A stretch of 64,000 bases of DNA, from positions 12,534 to 76,533 of the forward strand of contig JAPDKC010000010.1 in NCBI GenBank assembly GCA_029258755.1, read 5' to 3'. The position numbers and the translations under genes were made by a program. Positions within the stretch are counted from its first letter, which is position 1. Every line of letters begins with the position of its first letter. This stretch comes from an archaeon. Lineage in GTDB: Archaea > Iainarchaeota > Iainarchaeia > Iainarchaeales > DTGL01. Under the pieces are notes generated by a model. The model made no database searches. It was not told the DNA's origin and was given only the letters and a program-made list of their open reading frames with translations. This document shows, one piece after another, positions 28,387 to 37,740 of the stretch.

Positions 28387-29862
28387 TTACTTCTTCCTAA
28401 CCCATCGTCTTCTTGAGATTGTATAAGTGATAATGTTCCCATGAAGTGTTTTACGTATTCTGCCGTGCATCTTCCTAAAAAGCTTATCTCTTTCAGCTAT
28501 CCCTTTTTTACACTCTTGTAAAACTAAATCAAGCTTTTCTCGTGGTATTCCAAAGTATGGGCCTAATGCACGCAAATAAGGGACTCTTGGATCTATTTCC
28601 CTATTTTTTGCATAAGACCTTCTGCGTCCGAAGTCTTTGTTTAAACCGCTTCCAATATCTTTAGGGGGTCTTTTTCTTGTCCAGCCACGATCAGCAGGGC
28701 CGCCATAATAACCATCTGTCCTTGCATCGGAATCTTTTGGAGAATACTTATCTCGCTCTCCGATTATAGGCGAAGCTGTGCCAAAATGCCTCTCAATCAA
28801 CAATGGCCAAGGATCCTTTGCTCTAAGCACAGGGCCGCCAGGAAGACCAAACAAAGCTAGATTCGATCTAAGCTTTTCTCTCCCAATAACTTTTTCTGCT
28901 GCAATAAGTCCTCTTAAAGGTTCTCCAACAAGATCTCGAGCGTGAAGCATAAAAATAGTAGGTTCTTTTACGGAGAAAAAGTAAGCAAAAAGCCTTAACC
29001 ATGCTTCACTTTCTTCTTTGAAGAGTTTATCATAAACATTTATCTCCTTTTTTCTTGCATCAACATACATTCCCTGAGCTGCCGATCTTTCAGCAGTCAT
29101 TATTTCAGGATGTTTTAGCGCAAAGTTTCTGATAACCTGTTGGAATTTTGGAGAATGGGTGAGAACGATTTCTAATCTAACATCAGGAAATACTCGCTTT
29201 TGAAGTTTTCTTAGGACTTTTTCATATGTTCTTCCTATGCTCTCAACTGCTTTAGCAACCTTATTTGGATCTAAGCCCAAAACTTTAGCATTAGCCATCA
29301 TTCCTCTAGAGTATTCATAAGTGGGAATTATTAGTTTCAATTTAGTGCCTGCAGCCCTTGCAATCTCGAAGTATCTAACAGCTTTCACTAGCATTTCTAA
29401 GGGGATTCCCAACTTTTTTGCTGGAACAGCAAGTTTCCATTTCCCCTTGCTTAAATCTGCCCCATTAAGCCTTTCCATGATTTTTTTACTAAATTTTTTT
29501 CCACCTTTTAGCAGTGGCTCCCTAAGTAATCCTTGCAGATCTATGTGAACTCTCATTTTTCTTCCATTTCTATCTCTCACCACCTTCGTTGCTGTAACCA
29601 TCCCCGTCTCAAGAAAGCAAAAGCCTCCAACTATTTCATGTGTTTTGTTAAGTCTATTAATTACTCTTTTTGCCTCTAAGGTGTGTATTATAGAAAACGC
29701 AGGCCCTCTAATGCCTGAAAACAATTCTTTTATATCGCTTACTGTGAGATCTCCTATTAACTCATTAACCCCTGTTTTGCGCATTTGCTTTTTACTAGCA
29801 ATAAATACATCTTTCCCAAAATGCTCAATCACATAATCTGTGCCAGGAATATACTCTTTCAA
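28387..29862 (-). CDS. Basic hypothetical protein, possible Rossmannoid (HUP-like) alpha/beta core
   Basis: 491-aa uninterrupted ORF filling the gap between acs and the thiI-like gene; no recognised family motif; ends RRRWVRKK. Confidence 0.7.
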   Translation of the reverse strand: MKEYIPGTDYVIEHFGKDVFIASKKQMRKTGVNELIGDLTVSDIKELFSGIRGPAFSIIHTLEAKRVINRLNKTHEIVGGFCFLETGMVTATKVVRDRNGRKMRVHIDLQGLLREPLLKGGKKFSKKIMERLNGADLSKGKWKLAVPAKKLGIPLEMLVKAVRYFEIARAAGTKLKLIIPTYEYSRGMMANAKVLGLDPNKVAKAVESIGRTYEKVLRKLQKRVFPDVRLEIVLTHSPKFQQVIRNFALKHPEIMTAERSAAQGMYVDARKKEINVYDKLFKEESEAWLRLFAYFFSVKEPTIFMLHARDLVGEPLRGLIAAEKVIGREKLRSNLALFGLPGGPVLRAKDPWPLLIERHFGTASPIIGERDKYSPKDSDARTDGYYGGPADRGWTRKRPPKDIGSGLNKDFGRRRSYAKNREIDPRVPYLRALGPYFGIPREKLDLVLQECKKGIAERDKLFRKMHGRIRKTLHGNIITYTISRRRWVRKK

Positions 29863-29958
29863 CTTGTCCCCCGTTAAAGGTAAGATTTCCGAGATTTAAA
29901 TATTTTACCCTCCTTTAAAAAGCATAACTTAAACTTTCTTTCTGCTTTTAGGTTTTTT

Positions 29959-30879
29959 ATGCTTGAGCCAAATGTTTTGCTTATAAAGCCCTCGAGCAGT
30001 GTTTTTTTGAAGAGCGAGAAGACGCGAGCGTATTTCAACAAAAAGCTGCGAGAAAATATAAAATGTGCTCTAAATCGCAACAATATAAAATTTGAGCGAT
30101 TGGAGCAAGCAAGGATTAGGCTTTATCTCTATGCAAAAGAATTAGAAAAATGTGTTCCAATACTGCAAAAGATATTTGGCTTGCACTCAATTGCTTTAAG
30201 TCATAAGTTTCATTTTTCAGATTTGGATGAAATTGCAAAGCAAGCGGTTGATTTCTTCTTAGGCCGCTTTGATAAAGCCGACACATTTGCTGTTGAGTGT
30301 TCTCGTACAGGAATGCACTACTTTAGCTCACAGGAGGTTGAGCGCAAAGTTGGAGCAAGCATAGTTAGAGAATTTGGCTTAAAAGTAGATCTAAAAAATC
30401 CAAATAAGTTGCTAAAGATAGAGATACAGAACGATATTGCATATGTTTATTTAGATGAAGTGAAATGTTTTGGCGGCTTACCAACGGGGGTTGAAGGCAA
30501 CGTAGCTCTATTTTTTTCTGGTGAGGATACGGAGCTAGCAAGCGCATGGCTTATGTTAAGAAAAGGCTGCAATGTTTTCCCTGTTGTGGAAGAGAAAACA
30601 AAAAAAGTTGATGAAGCAATAAAATTGCTTATTCCATGGAACTGCTACAGAAAGTTTGCATTAACAGAAATAAATGAGCTAGAAAAGCTTATTAAGGAGC
30701 GAGAAATACTCGCTCTTGTTAAGGCAGATACAGATGTTTCCAAAAAGGCATTTAAAAGCTATGCTGAGCTTGACTCAAGATATAAGCTAGCAGTACTCAG
30801 ACCTCTGCTTTTCTATCCTGAAGATAAACTCAAAGAACTTATAAGAATTGTAAAGAGCGGTACCTCTGATTTTAATTAA
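29959..30879 (+). CDS. THUMP-domain protein, degenerate ThiI homolog
   Basis: THUMP (TFAVECSRTG.H.FSS.EVER.VG, VDLKNP), GGLP.G.EG, WLMLRKG and LRPL retained; PP-loop reads SGEDTE. Confidence 0.85.
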   Translation: MLEPNVLLIKPSSSVFLKSEKTRAYFNKKLRENIKCALNRNNIKFERLEQARIRLYLYAKELEKCVPILQKIFGLHSIALSHKFHFSDLDEIAKQAVDFFLGRFDKADTFAVECSRTGMHYFSSQEVERKVGASIVREFGLKVDLKNPNKLLKIEIQNDIAYVYLDEVKCFGGLPTGVEGNVALFFSGEDTELASAWLMLRKGCNVFPVVEEKTKKVDEAIKLLIPWNCYRKFALTEINELEKLIKEREILALVKADTDVSKKAFKSYAELDSRYKLAVLRPLLFYPEDKLKELIRIVKSGTSDFN

Positions 30880-30899
30880 TTTCCTACTGTAAGATTTTT

Positions 30900-32216
30900 A
30901 TGCGCATCGCACTAATGTCTGATTTCCACCTAGGTTTTGTACAGGCAGAACGCGAAAATGATGCCTTTGAAAATGCAAAAAAAGCTGTTGAGTTAGCGAT
31001 CAAGGAAAATGTTGATCTTATACTTATAAGCGGAGATATATTTCATGAAGAGGTGCCTGATGCTAGTGCCCTTCTACAAGCAATAGAAATATTTTCATTA
31101 GCAAAGAATGCTAAAAGCGAAAAAACTAAGGTGGTAAAAGTAAAAAATGGTGAAAAAAGGGAGTTTCTGCTTGCAGGCATACCCATTATAGCAATACATG
31201 GTACGCATGAATTTAGAGGACGCGACTACATTAATTACCTACAACTTTTTGAAAGCGCTGGCTTTATAGTATATCTTCATGCCGCAAAGGCAATCTATGA
31301 AAAACAAGGTGAAAAAATTGTCATACACGGCTTGGGCGGCGTACCTGAGAAAAAAGCTTGTGATGTGCTAAAACTGTGGAACCCTAAGCCGGAAAGCAAC
31401 GCTTTCAACATACTGATGCTACATCAATCCCTAAAGGAGCTTCTTCCCTTCGAAGATGAGATGGTAGCTTCACTAAGCATTGCTGATTTGCCTGAAGGGT
31501 TTGATCTTATTGTTAATGGCCATCTCCATTGGCAGAACGTATTTAAAGAAAACAACAAATTTTTGGTTATCCCAGGCTCAACAGTAATAACCCAGATGAA
31601 AAGATTAGAGGCAAAGAAGGCCAAAGGGCTTTATATTATAGATACTAAAACGCTTGCTCTTAATTTCCTCGAGCTACCTGAGCAGAGGAAATTTTTCTAT
31701 TACAAGTTAGAGTTCGAAAACGCAAGCTGTGAGGAAGTAGTGAAAAGAGTCTCTGAGTTGCTAAGCGAACTCTTATCAAAGGATTTTAACAAAAAACCGC
31801 TTGTAAAGATAAAGCTAACAGGGAGCTTGGCGAAAGGTTATAGCCAAGAAAATCTTGAGCTAGAAACTCTTTTAGAGAAGTTTAAAGAGAAGGCAATAGT
31901 TTCTATAGATGCTGATTTCGTTCATGAACAGTTTGAGAAAAAGTTTGCGATGCTCAGCGATATGCAAAAGGAAAAGAAATCACTAATAGAACTCGGCTTT
32001 GAACTTTTAGAGAAGAATCTAGCAGAAACCAATTTTAATAACGCTTTTGACATCAGGCGCATCTTTAGGCTTTTAGAGAACGGAGATGTAGAAAGAGCGA
32101 GAGAGCTTCTTATGGAAAGGAAGCAAGTAAACAAAAAAGAAGAACCCATCAAAGAAAACGCTGAAGAGAAATGCGCTTCTACAGGCAAAAAGGTCAAGCT
32201 TAGCGATTTTGTTTGA
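30900..32216 (+). CDS. mre11: Mre11/SbcD-family DNA repair nuclease
   Basis: SDFHLG, GDIFH, IHGTHE, MLHQ, GHLH, PGS. Confidence 0.88.
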   Translation: MRIALMSDFHLGFVQAERENDAFENAKKAVELAIKENVDLILISGDIFHEEVPDASALLQAIEIFSLAKNAKSEKTKVVKVKNGEKREFLLAGIPIIAIHGTHEFRGRDYINYLQLFESAGFIVYLHAAKAIYEKQGEKIVIHGLGGVPEKKACDVLKLWNPKPESNAFNILMLHQSLKELLPFEDEMVASLSIADLPEGFDLIVNGHLHWQNVFKENNKFLVIPGSTVITQMKRLEAKKAKGLYIIDTKTLALNFLELPEQRKFFYYKLEFENASCEEVVKRVSELLSELLSKDFNKKPLVKIKLTGSLAKGYSQENLELETLLEKFKEKAIVSIDADFVHEQFEKKFAMLSDMQKEKKSLIELGFELLEKNLAETNFNNAFDIRRIFRLLENGDVERARELLMERKQVNKKEEPIKENAEEKCASTGKKVKLSDFV

Positions 32217-32266
32217 GTTTCAAAAAAATTATTAAAAAGAGTTTCAAGTAAAATAATATTAGGTTT

Positions 32267-32337
32267 GCGGGAGTGGCAGAGCGGCCATGCACCCGGCTGC
32301 AGACCGGGTTAGACGGGTTCGACTCCCGTCTCCCGCT
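32267..32337 (+). tRNA. tRNA-Cys(GCA)
   Basis: Acceptor GCGGGAG/CTCCCGC, U73, anticodon stem CCCGG/CCGGG with loop CTGCAGA, T arm ACGGG-TTCGACT-CCCGT. Confidence 0.94.
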
Positions 32338-32365
32338 TTAAATAGCTATTAGCTATAAAAAATAG

Positions 32366-33040
32366 TTATTTTTCTTCCTTTTTATCCTCGGCTTTTTCTT
32401 CCTTCTTTTCCTCTTTAGCTTCTTCCTCTTTCTTCTCTTCCTTCGCTTCTTCCTTCTTCTCTTCTTCAACAACCTCTTCCTCTACAACACGCTTAGGCCT
32501 TGTACCTATAGAAGCGATATCCTGATGCACTCTAACGCTTACCTCACAAGGCAGCTTATCCTTTGCACGCAATAGCGCTTGTTTTGCCAACTCAATATTT
32601 TCTTCCATAACAAGAACGCTCATTATAACCTGCCCTTTTCTAACGCGCACGGCTCTGCCTATTGGCTTGCCGAACGCGTGGCTCATACCTTGCGAAACTC
32701 TATCTGCGCCAGCACCTTGGGCTTGCTTATGCTCTCTCAAGATCTGGTGAGGGAAAACACGAATACGCATGAAATAGTTGTCTTTGCCTATCTTGTTTTG
32801 TAAGAATTTGTGAATACTTATTCTTGCCGCTTCTATCGCGTTATCCCTTATCTGTACACCTTCCTCAGCAATTAGATCTACTACATGCGTATAATCCTTA
32901 AGTGGATTTCCCATATTGAACTGTCTTATCCTGAGAGGCGGAACAGCCCCTACATAGTTCCTTTCGGGCACTTTGATAGCTATCCTTGTATAGGGCCTCT
33001 GCTTTAGGCTGGAGTAGCACCTACCAGGTCTTAACCCCAT
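32366..33040 (-). CDS. rpl10e: 50S ribosomal protein L10e (uL16) with E/K-rich tail
   Basis: LRPGRCY, QIRDNAIEAAR, FPHQILREHK, AGADRVSQGM..AFGKP. Confidence 0.96.
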   Translation of the reverse strand: MGLRPGRCYSSLKQRPYTRIAIKVPERNYVGAVPPLRIRQFNMGNPLKDYTHVVDLIAEEGVQIRDNAIEAARISIHKFLQNKIGKDNYFMRIRVFPHQILREHKQAQGAGADRVSQGMSHAFGKPIGRAVRVRKGQVIMSVLVMEENIELAKQALLRAKDKLPCEVSVRVHQDIASIGTRPKRVVEEEVVEEEKKEEAKEEKKEEEAKEEKKEEKAEDKKEEK

Positions 33041-33186
33041 GCAAAACACCTGCAAGAACTCGCTATTATAGAATAACATCCTATGATTGTTTTTTAAATA
33101 TTGCCTTTTTGTCTTAAAAGCTAATTTTGGCTATAACGACGTTAGATTAATAAATCAGGTTTCTCTTTTTCTTATAGGTGTTTCAA

Positions 33187-35874
33187 ATGCGATATGTTGT
33201 TTGGTTTCGGGAGGTAGGGGCTAAAGATATTGCTTTGGTAGGTGGCAAAGGAGCAAACTTAGGCGAGCTAGTTAATGCTAACTTCCCCGTGCCAGCTGGA
33301 TTCATAGTTACATCAAGAGCTTATTTTGATTTTATAGAAAGCACAGGGCTTAAACAAAAGATTATTGGACTTATAGATCCTCTAGATGTTGACAACACCG
33401 CTGAATTGAAAAGAGTGACTGCTGAAGTAAGGAAGCTCATAAAAGAAACACCTATGAGCGAAACACTGAAGAACGAGATCACAACCGCTTATCGTAAGCT
33501 GGGCCAGCATAAGCTTGCTTGGTTAACATCAAGTGAGCAAGCGTATGTAGCTGTTCGTAGCTCTGCTACCGCTGAAGATCTGCCAGAAGCAAGTTTTGCT
33601 GGACAGCAAGAGACATATCTTAATGTTTGCGGTACCGAGGCTGTTTTGCAGGCAGTAAAGAACTGCTGGGCTTCACTTTTCACAGCAAGGGCCGTTTTCT
33701 ATCGCAAAAAGAAAGGATTTCCTACTGAAAAGGTTGGCATAGCCGTAATTGTACAAAAAATGGTTGATTCTGAGATAAGCGGAGTGATGTTTACAGCAGA
33801 TCCTACGGGAGATACAAGCAAGATAATAATAGAAGCCGCCTTTGGTTTGGGAGAAGCCATAGTTTCGGGCAGCATTACACCAGACACATACATAGTTGAT
33901 AAAAAAACGCTTAAGATATTGGAAAAGAAGATAAGCTATCAGGAATGGATGCTTAAGAGAACTGCAGGCAAAACAAGGAAGATAATGCTGAGTGAAGCAA
34001 AAGGGTCTAAGCAAAAGATAAGCGATTCTACAATAATTGCTCTTGCCAAGCTTGGCAAACAGATAGAAGCTCACTATAAAGTGCCTCAAGATATAGAGTG
34101 GGCTATTGAAGGAAAAGAAATAAAGATTCTGCAAAGCAGGGCCATAACCACGCTATCTCTTAAGGATAAGGTTGAGAAAGCAAGGGAGCGGAGAGAAAAG
34201 CTTGCGGAGCTTAAAGGAAAGGTGCTTGTCGATGGTTTGGCAGCAAGTCCTGGCATAGCTACAGGTAAGGTTGTTGTAGTGCCAAGCATAGAAGATATAG
34301 ATAAGGTCAAAGAGGGCTCTATTCTTGTTACAAAGATGACAAACCCAGATTGGGTTCCTGTAATGAAAAAAAGCAAGGCAATAGTGACCGATGAAGGAGG
34401 CACAACCTGTCATGCAGCAATAGTAAGCAGAGAACTTGGCATTCCTTGTGTAGTAGGTACAGAAGACGCGACAAAGAAGCTAAAAGATGGTATGCTTGTC
34501 ACGGTAGATGGATATAATGGCTATGTGTATGAAGGTGCTTTGAAGATAGAGATGCCCGAAAAAAGTACTGATAAGATAATAAAGTTACAGGAAGTTGATC
34601 TGCTCGAAGAAGCGATAAAGCTCGAGCTTGATGAAGCAGAAAAAGAACGGTTCAAAGTATTACAAAAAGAAGCTGTTTATGTAAGACCCAAACCAGGGCT
34701 CAGCGGCATCGCTGAGCAGATAAAGGAGGAAAAAAAGGCTTTAGAAGAGTGGAAAAAAGAGAAGGCGAAAATAAAGGAATTAAAGGAGCGTATTGAAGAG
34801 AAGAAACGTTTGCTTGCAAGGGGACTTGAGGAAAGGCATAAGATAAGAAAGTTTAAGGAAGAAGCCAGTAAGATTGTAAAGCTTTGGGGTAAAAAGCCGG
34901 CTTCAGAGCTAAGCGAAGAAGAGCTTGAAGAAGAGATAAAAATGCTTACGGAGCTTCTCAAAGAAATTGCAGCAAAGGTCAAGGTAAATGTTGCATTACC
35001 TGAAGCGGCAAAAAGAGCTGCGGAAACGCAAGCAGACGGCGTCGGCTTACTGAGAGCGGAGCATATGATAACCGCAACTGGCGTGCATCCAGCAGAATAT
35101 ATACGCAGAGGTGAAATAGACAAACTTGTGAAGGTTGTACATGATGGCATAGAAACGGTTCTTAAGGAATTTAAAGGAAAACCAGTATGGTATAGGACAT
35201 TCGACGCACGCACTGATGAATATAGAAACTTGGAAGGCGGCCAATACGAGCCGCATGAAGAAAATCCCATGCTTGGCTGGCATGGTATAAGACGTGACTT
35301 AGATCAGCCGGAGCTCCTCAAAGCACAGTTTTTAGCTATAAAAAAGCTCTTGGATGAAGGATACGAAAATATCGGAGTTATGCTTCCTTTTGTGCATGAT
35401 GCTTCTCAAGTTAGAGAAGCAAAGAAAATTGCCGAGGAAGTGGGGCTTAAAAGAGAGAAAGGAAAATTCGAATTTGGGGTTATGATAGAGGTGCCAGCTG
35501 CTGCTTTAACAATAGAAGACATAATAAAAGAAGGCATTGATTTTATCTCATTTGGCACTAATGACCTTACCCAATTAACGCTAGGCGTTGACAGAAACAA
35601 CGAACGTTTACAAAAGCATTTCAACGAGATGCATCCAGCTGTACTAAAACAGATAAAAATGGTTATTGATGCTTGCAAAAAAGCTAATGTGCAAACATCT
35701 ATATGTGGCCAAGCTGCCAGCAATCCTGAAATGGTTAGGTTGCTTGTGCGCTACGGCATAGATTCTGTATCCGCAAACATAGATGCTGTTGATGAAATAA
35801 GGAAGGTTGTACTGAGCGAAGAAAAGAAGCTTTTGCTTGAGACGCTAAAAGAGCTTAAGGAAAAGAAGGAATAA
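33187..35874 (+). CDS. ppsA: Phosphoenolpyruvate synthase with long coiled-coil insertion
   Basis: VGGKGANLGE, AVRSSATAEDL, SFAGQQET, GGTTCHAAIVSRE, ENPMLGWHG, SFGTNDLTQ, ICGQA. Confidence 0.96.
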   Translation: MRYVVWFREVGAKDIALVGGKGANLGELVNANFPVPAGFIVTSRAYFDFIESTGLKQKIIGLIDPLDVDNTAELKRVTAEVRKLIKETPMSETLKNEITTAYRKLGQHKLAWLTSSEQAYVAVRSSATAEDLPEASFAGQQETYLNVCGTEAVLQAVKNCWASLFTARAVFYRKKKGFPTEKVGIAVIVQKMVDSEISGVMFTADPTGDTSKIIIEAAFGLGEAIVSGSITPDTYIVDKKTLKILEKKISYQEWMLKRTAGKTRKIMLSEAKGSKQKISDSTIIALAKLGKQIEAHYKVPQDIEWAIEGKEIKILQSRAITTLSLKDKVEKARERREKLAELKGKVLVDGLAASPGIATGKVVVVPSIEDIDKVKEGSILVTKMTNPDWVPVMKKSKAIVTDEGGTTCHAAIVSRELGIPCVVGTEDATKKLKDGMLVTVDGYNGYVYEGALKIEMPEKSTDKIIKLQEVDLLEEAIKLELDEAEKERFKVLQKEAVYVRPKPGLSGIAEQIKEEKKALEEWKKEKAKIKELKERIEEKKRLLARGLEERHKIRKFKEEASKIVKLWGKKPASELSEEELEEEIKMLTELLKEIAAKVKVNVALPEAAKRAAETQADGVGLLRAEHMITATGVHPAEYIRRGEIDKLVKVVHDGIETVLKEFKGKPVWYRTFDARTDEYRNLEGGQYEPHEENPMLGWHGIRRDLDQPELLKAQFLAIKKLLDEGYENIGVMLPFVHDASQVREAKKIAEEVGLKREKGKFEFGVMIEVPAAALTIEDIIKEGIDFISFGTNDLTQLTLGVDRNNERLQKHFNEMHPAVLKQIKMVIDACKKANVQTSICGQAASNPEMVRLLVRYGIDSVSANIDAVDEIRKVVLSEEKKLLLETLKELKEKKE

Positions 35875-35884
35875 AGTGCATAGC

Positions 35885-36844
35885 ATGCCAAGGCTTTTTA
35901 TCGATACAGATGGAATCTTAAAGGAAGTACGAAAGAGAAAAGCAAAGAAGGTTCTGCTTCAGGCACCAGCAGGGCTTAAAAGAGAAAGCATGAGAATAGC
36001 AAGCGTTATAGAACGTAAAACACGTGCTAGCGTTTTTATCTCTGCTGATAATTGCTTTGGTGCTTGCGACCCGCCAATAAAAGCGATTAATGTCTTAAAG
36101 CCTGATTTGGTTATTCACATAGGACATAGCAAAATGCTGAACATTAGAAATATTTCATATTTTCCTGCAACATATAAGTTCTCTAAAAGAGAGATAAAAA
36201 CTCTTGTTAATTTGGTTGAAAAGGAGCTCAAAAAAAGAAACCTAAAAAGAGTTTGCGGCGTAGCACCAATACAATACATAGAGCTTTTAAAAGAGCTTAG
36301 AAAAGAGCTAAGAAAAAAACACTTTACATTAGAAATCAAAAAAGGCCGCCTAAAAATTCCGGGGCTCATTCTTGGATGCGAAACTAGCGCTGCAAAAACA
36401 AATGCAAGCACGATACTCTTGCTAGCTGATGGTTTATTCCACGCTTTAGGTGTGCTCCGTTCACAACGAAAAGAGGTGCTGTTGCTTAACCCTCTCTCTA
36501 AATCGCTTATGGAGCTATCTGAAAAGGATCTGGAAAAATTTATAAGGAAACGTTTTGCAATTCTTTCAAAAGCACTCCAAGCGAAAAAATTCGGCGTGCT
36601 TCTCTGCTTAAAGCCAGGGCAGTATGATGAGAGAAAAGCGCTTTCTGCCAAAAGGATTCTAGAAGAAAAAGGAAAAGAAGCCTATATACTGGCAATAGAT
36701 GATATAAGTGAGCAAGCGTTGCTTGATTTCGGCCTAGATGCCTATGTTTTCATAGCGTGCCCCAGGCTAATTGATGATTCGATGAATTGGAAGAAGCCAT
36801 TAATAAGTTTTGAAGAGCTGCTTGAAATATTTAAGCGCAGCTAA
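35885..36844 (+). CDS. dph2: Diphthamide biosynthesis enzyme Dph2
   Basis: LQAPAGLK, FGACD, HIGHS, ILGC, KPGQ, ACPR (three Fe-S cysteines). Confidence 0.9.
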   Translation: MPRLFIDTDGILKEVRKRKAKKVLLQAPAGLKRESMRIASVIERKTRASVFISADNCFGACDPPIKAINVLKPDLVIHIGHSKMLNIRNISYFPATYKFSKREIKTLVNLVEKELKKRNLKRVCGVAPIQYIELLKELRKELRKKHFTLEIKKGRLKIPGLILGCETSAAKTNASTILLLADGLFHALGVLRSQRKEVLLLNPLSKSLMELSEKDLEKFIRKRFAILSKALQAKKFGVLLCLKPGQYDERKALSAKRILEEKGKEAYILAIDDISEQALLDFGLDAYVFIACPRLIDDSMNWKKPLISFEELLEIFKRS

Positions 36845-36847
36845 GCT

Positions 36848-37639
36848 TTATTGTTCTTCCCTCTCAATTATCCGCGTGCCTCTATACTCGTAACCTCGAA
36901 TCGCTGAAACAAAGTTTTCCAAATCGTTGCCGTTCAATATAATTGCTGGAATCTTTGAGCGTTTCAATATCAGGCATGAAGGCAAATCCAGTACAACATT
37001 CTGCCCTGGTTTGCTTTCTGCAAGTTTCATCAAAGCAATTAAACGATCGTATGTTATTTCAGGATAGAACTTTGCATTTGGATTGGTTTTTGGATCTGAG
37101 GAATAGATGCCATCAACGTTTGTTAGGTTAACAAACTCCGCTTTTAAGAATTCGGCTATTAGTGCAGCAACGCAATCAGTGGTTATGCCAGGCAAAAGAC
37201 CGCCATAAACAGGAATCTTACCTGAATCAAGGATTGGCTTCGATTTTTCAACTTCTGTTAGAACATTAGGGTAAGCGTTATCGAGCGCTTGAATCATAAG
37301 CATAGCATTTATCCGTGTCACAGCTATGCCTATGGAATCTGCAATAAAATTGCTAGCACCTAACGCCTTTGCTGCTGCTATATAATTCCTGCATACCTTT
37401 CCGCCGCCGACAACTATAACAAAGCGGTAACCTTCTTTTTGAAGCATATTTATTTTTTCAGCTAATTTTCCTATCAAAGCAACATCTGGCTTTTCTTTTG
37501 CAATTAGTGAGCCACCCACAGAGACCACGTAAGTTTTGCTTGCGGTTATGGTTTCTATGGGCTCAATTTCTTGCGTTTGCGTATCCTTTTTTTCTTCACC
37601 GGATTCGTCAAATATCTTGAAAATACCCTCATCAAACAT
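36848..37639 (-). CDS. pyrH: Uridylate kinase (archaeal type)
   Basis: SVGGS, VVGGG..R.YI, D.IGI.VTR.NA, PG.TTD, TNVDGIY..DP. Confidence 0.92.
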   Translation of the reverse strand: MFDEGIFKIFDESGEEKKDTQTQEIEPIETITASKTYVVSVGGSLIAKEKPDVALIGKLAEKINMLQKEGYRFVIVVGGGKVCRNYIAAAKALGASNFIADSIGIAVTRINAMLMIQALDNAYPNVLTEVEKSKPILDSGKIPVYGGLLPGITTDCVAALIAEFLKAEFVNLTNVDGIYSSDPKTNPNAKFYPEITYDRLIALMKLAESKPGQNVVLDLPSCLILKRSKIPAIILNGNDLENFVSAIRGYEYRGTRIIEREEQ

Positions 37640-37740
37640 GCTAGCACCTTATTAACGTTTTTTATATTTATGGGAACTTTTTATATTTAAACCTACTCCC
37701 TTCTTATTTTAGCTTAAAGCGCCATATTGAGTGAAACACC

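Noticed and set aside
34546-34974. Intein in ppsA
   Set aside because: No splice-junction residues or LAGLIDADG blocks; composition is that of a coiled coil
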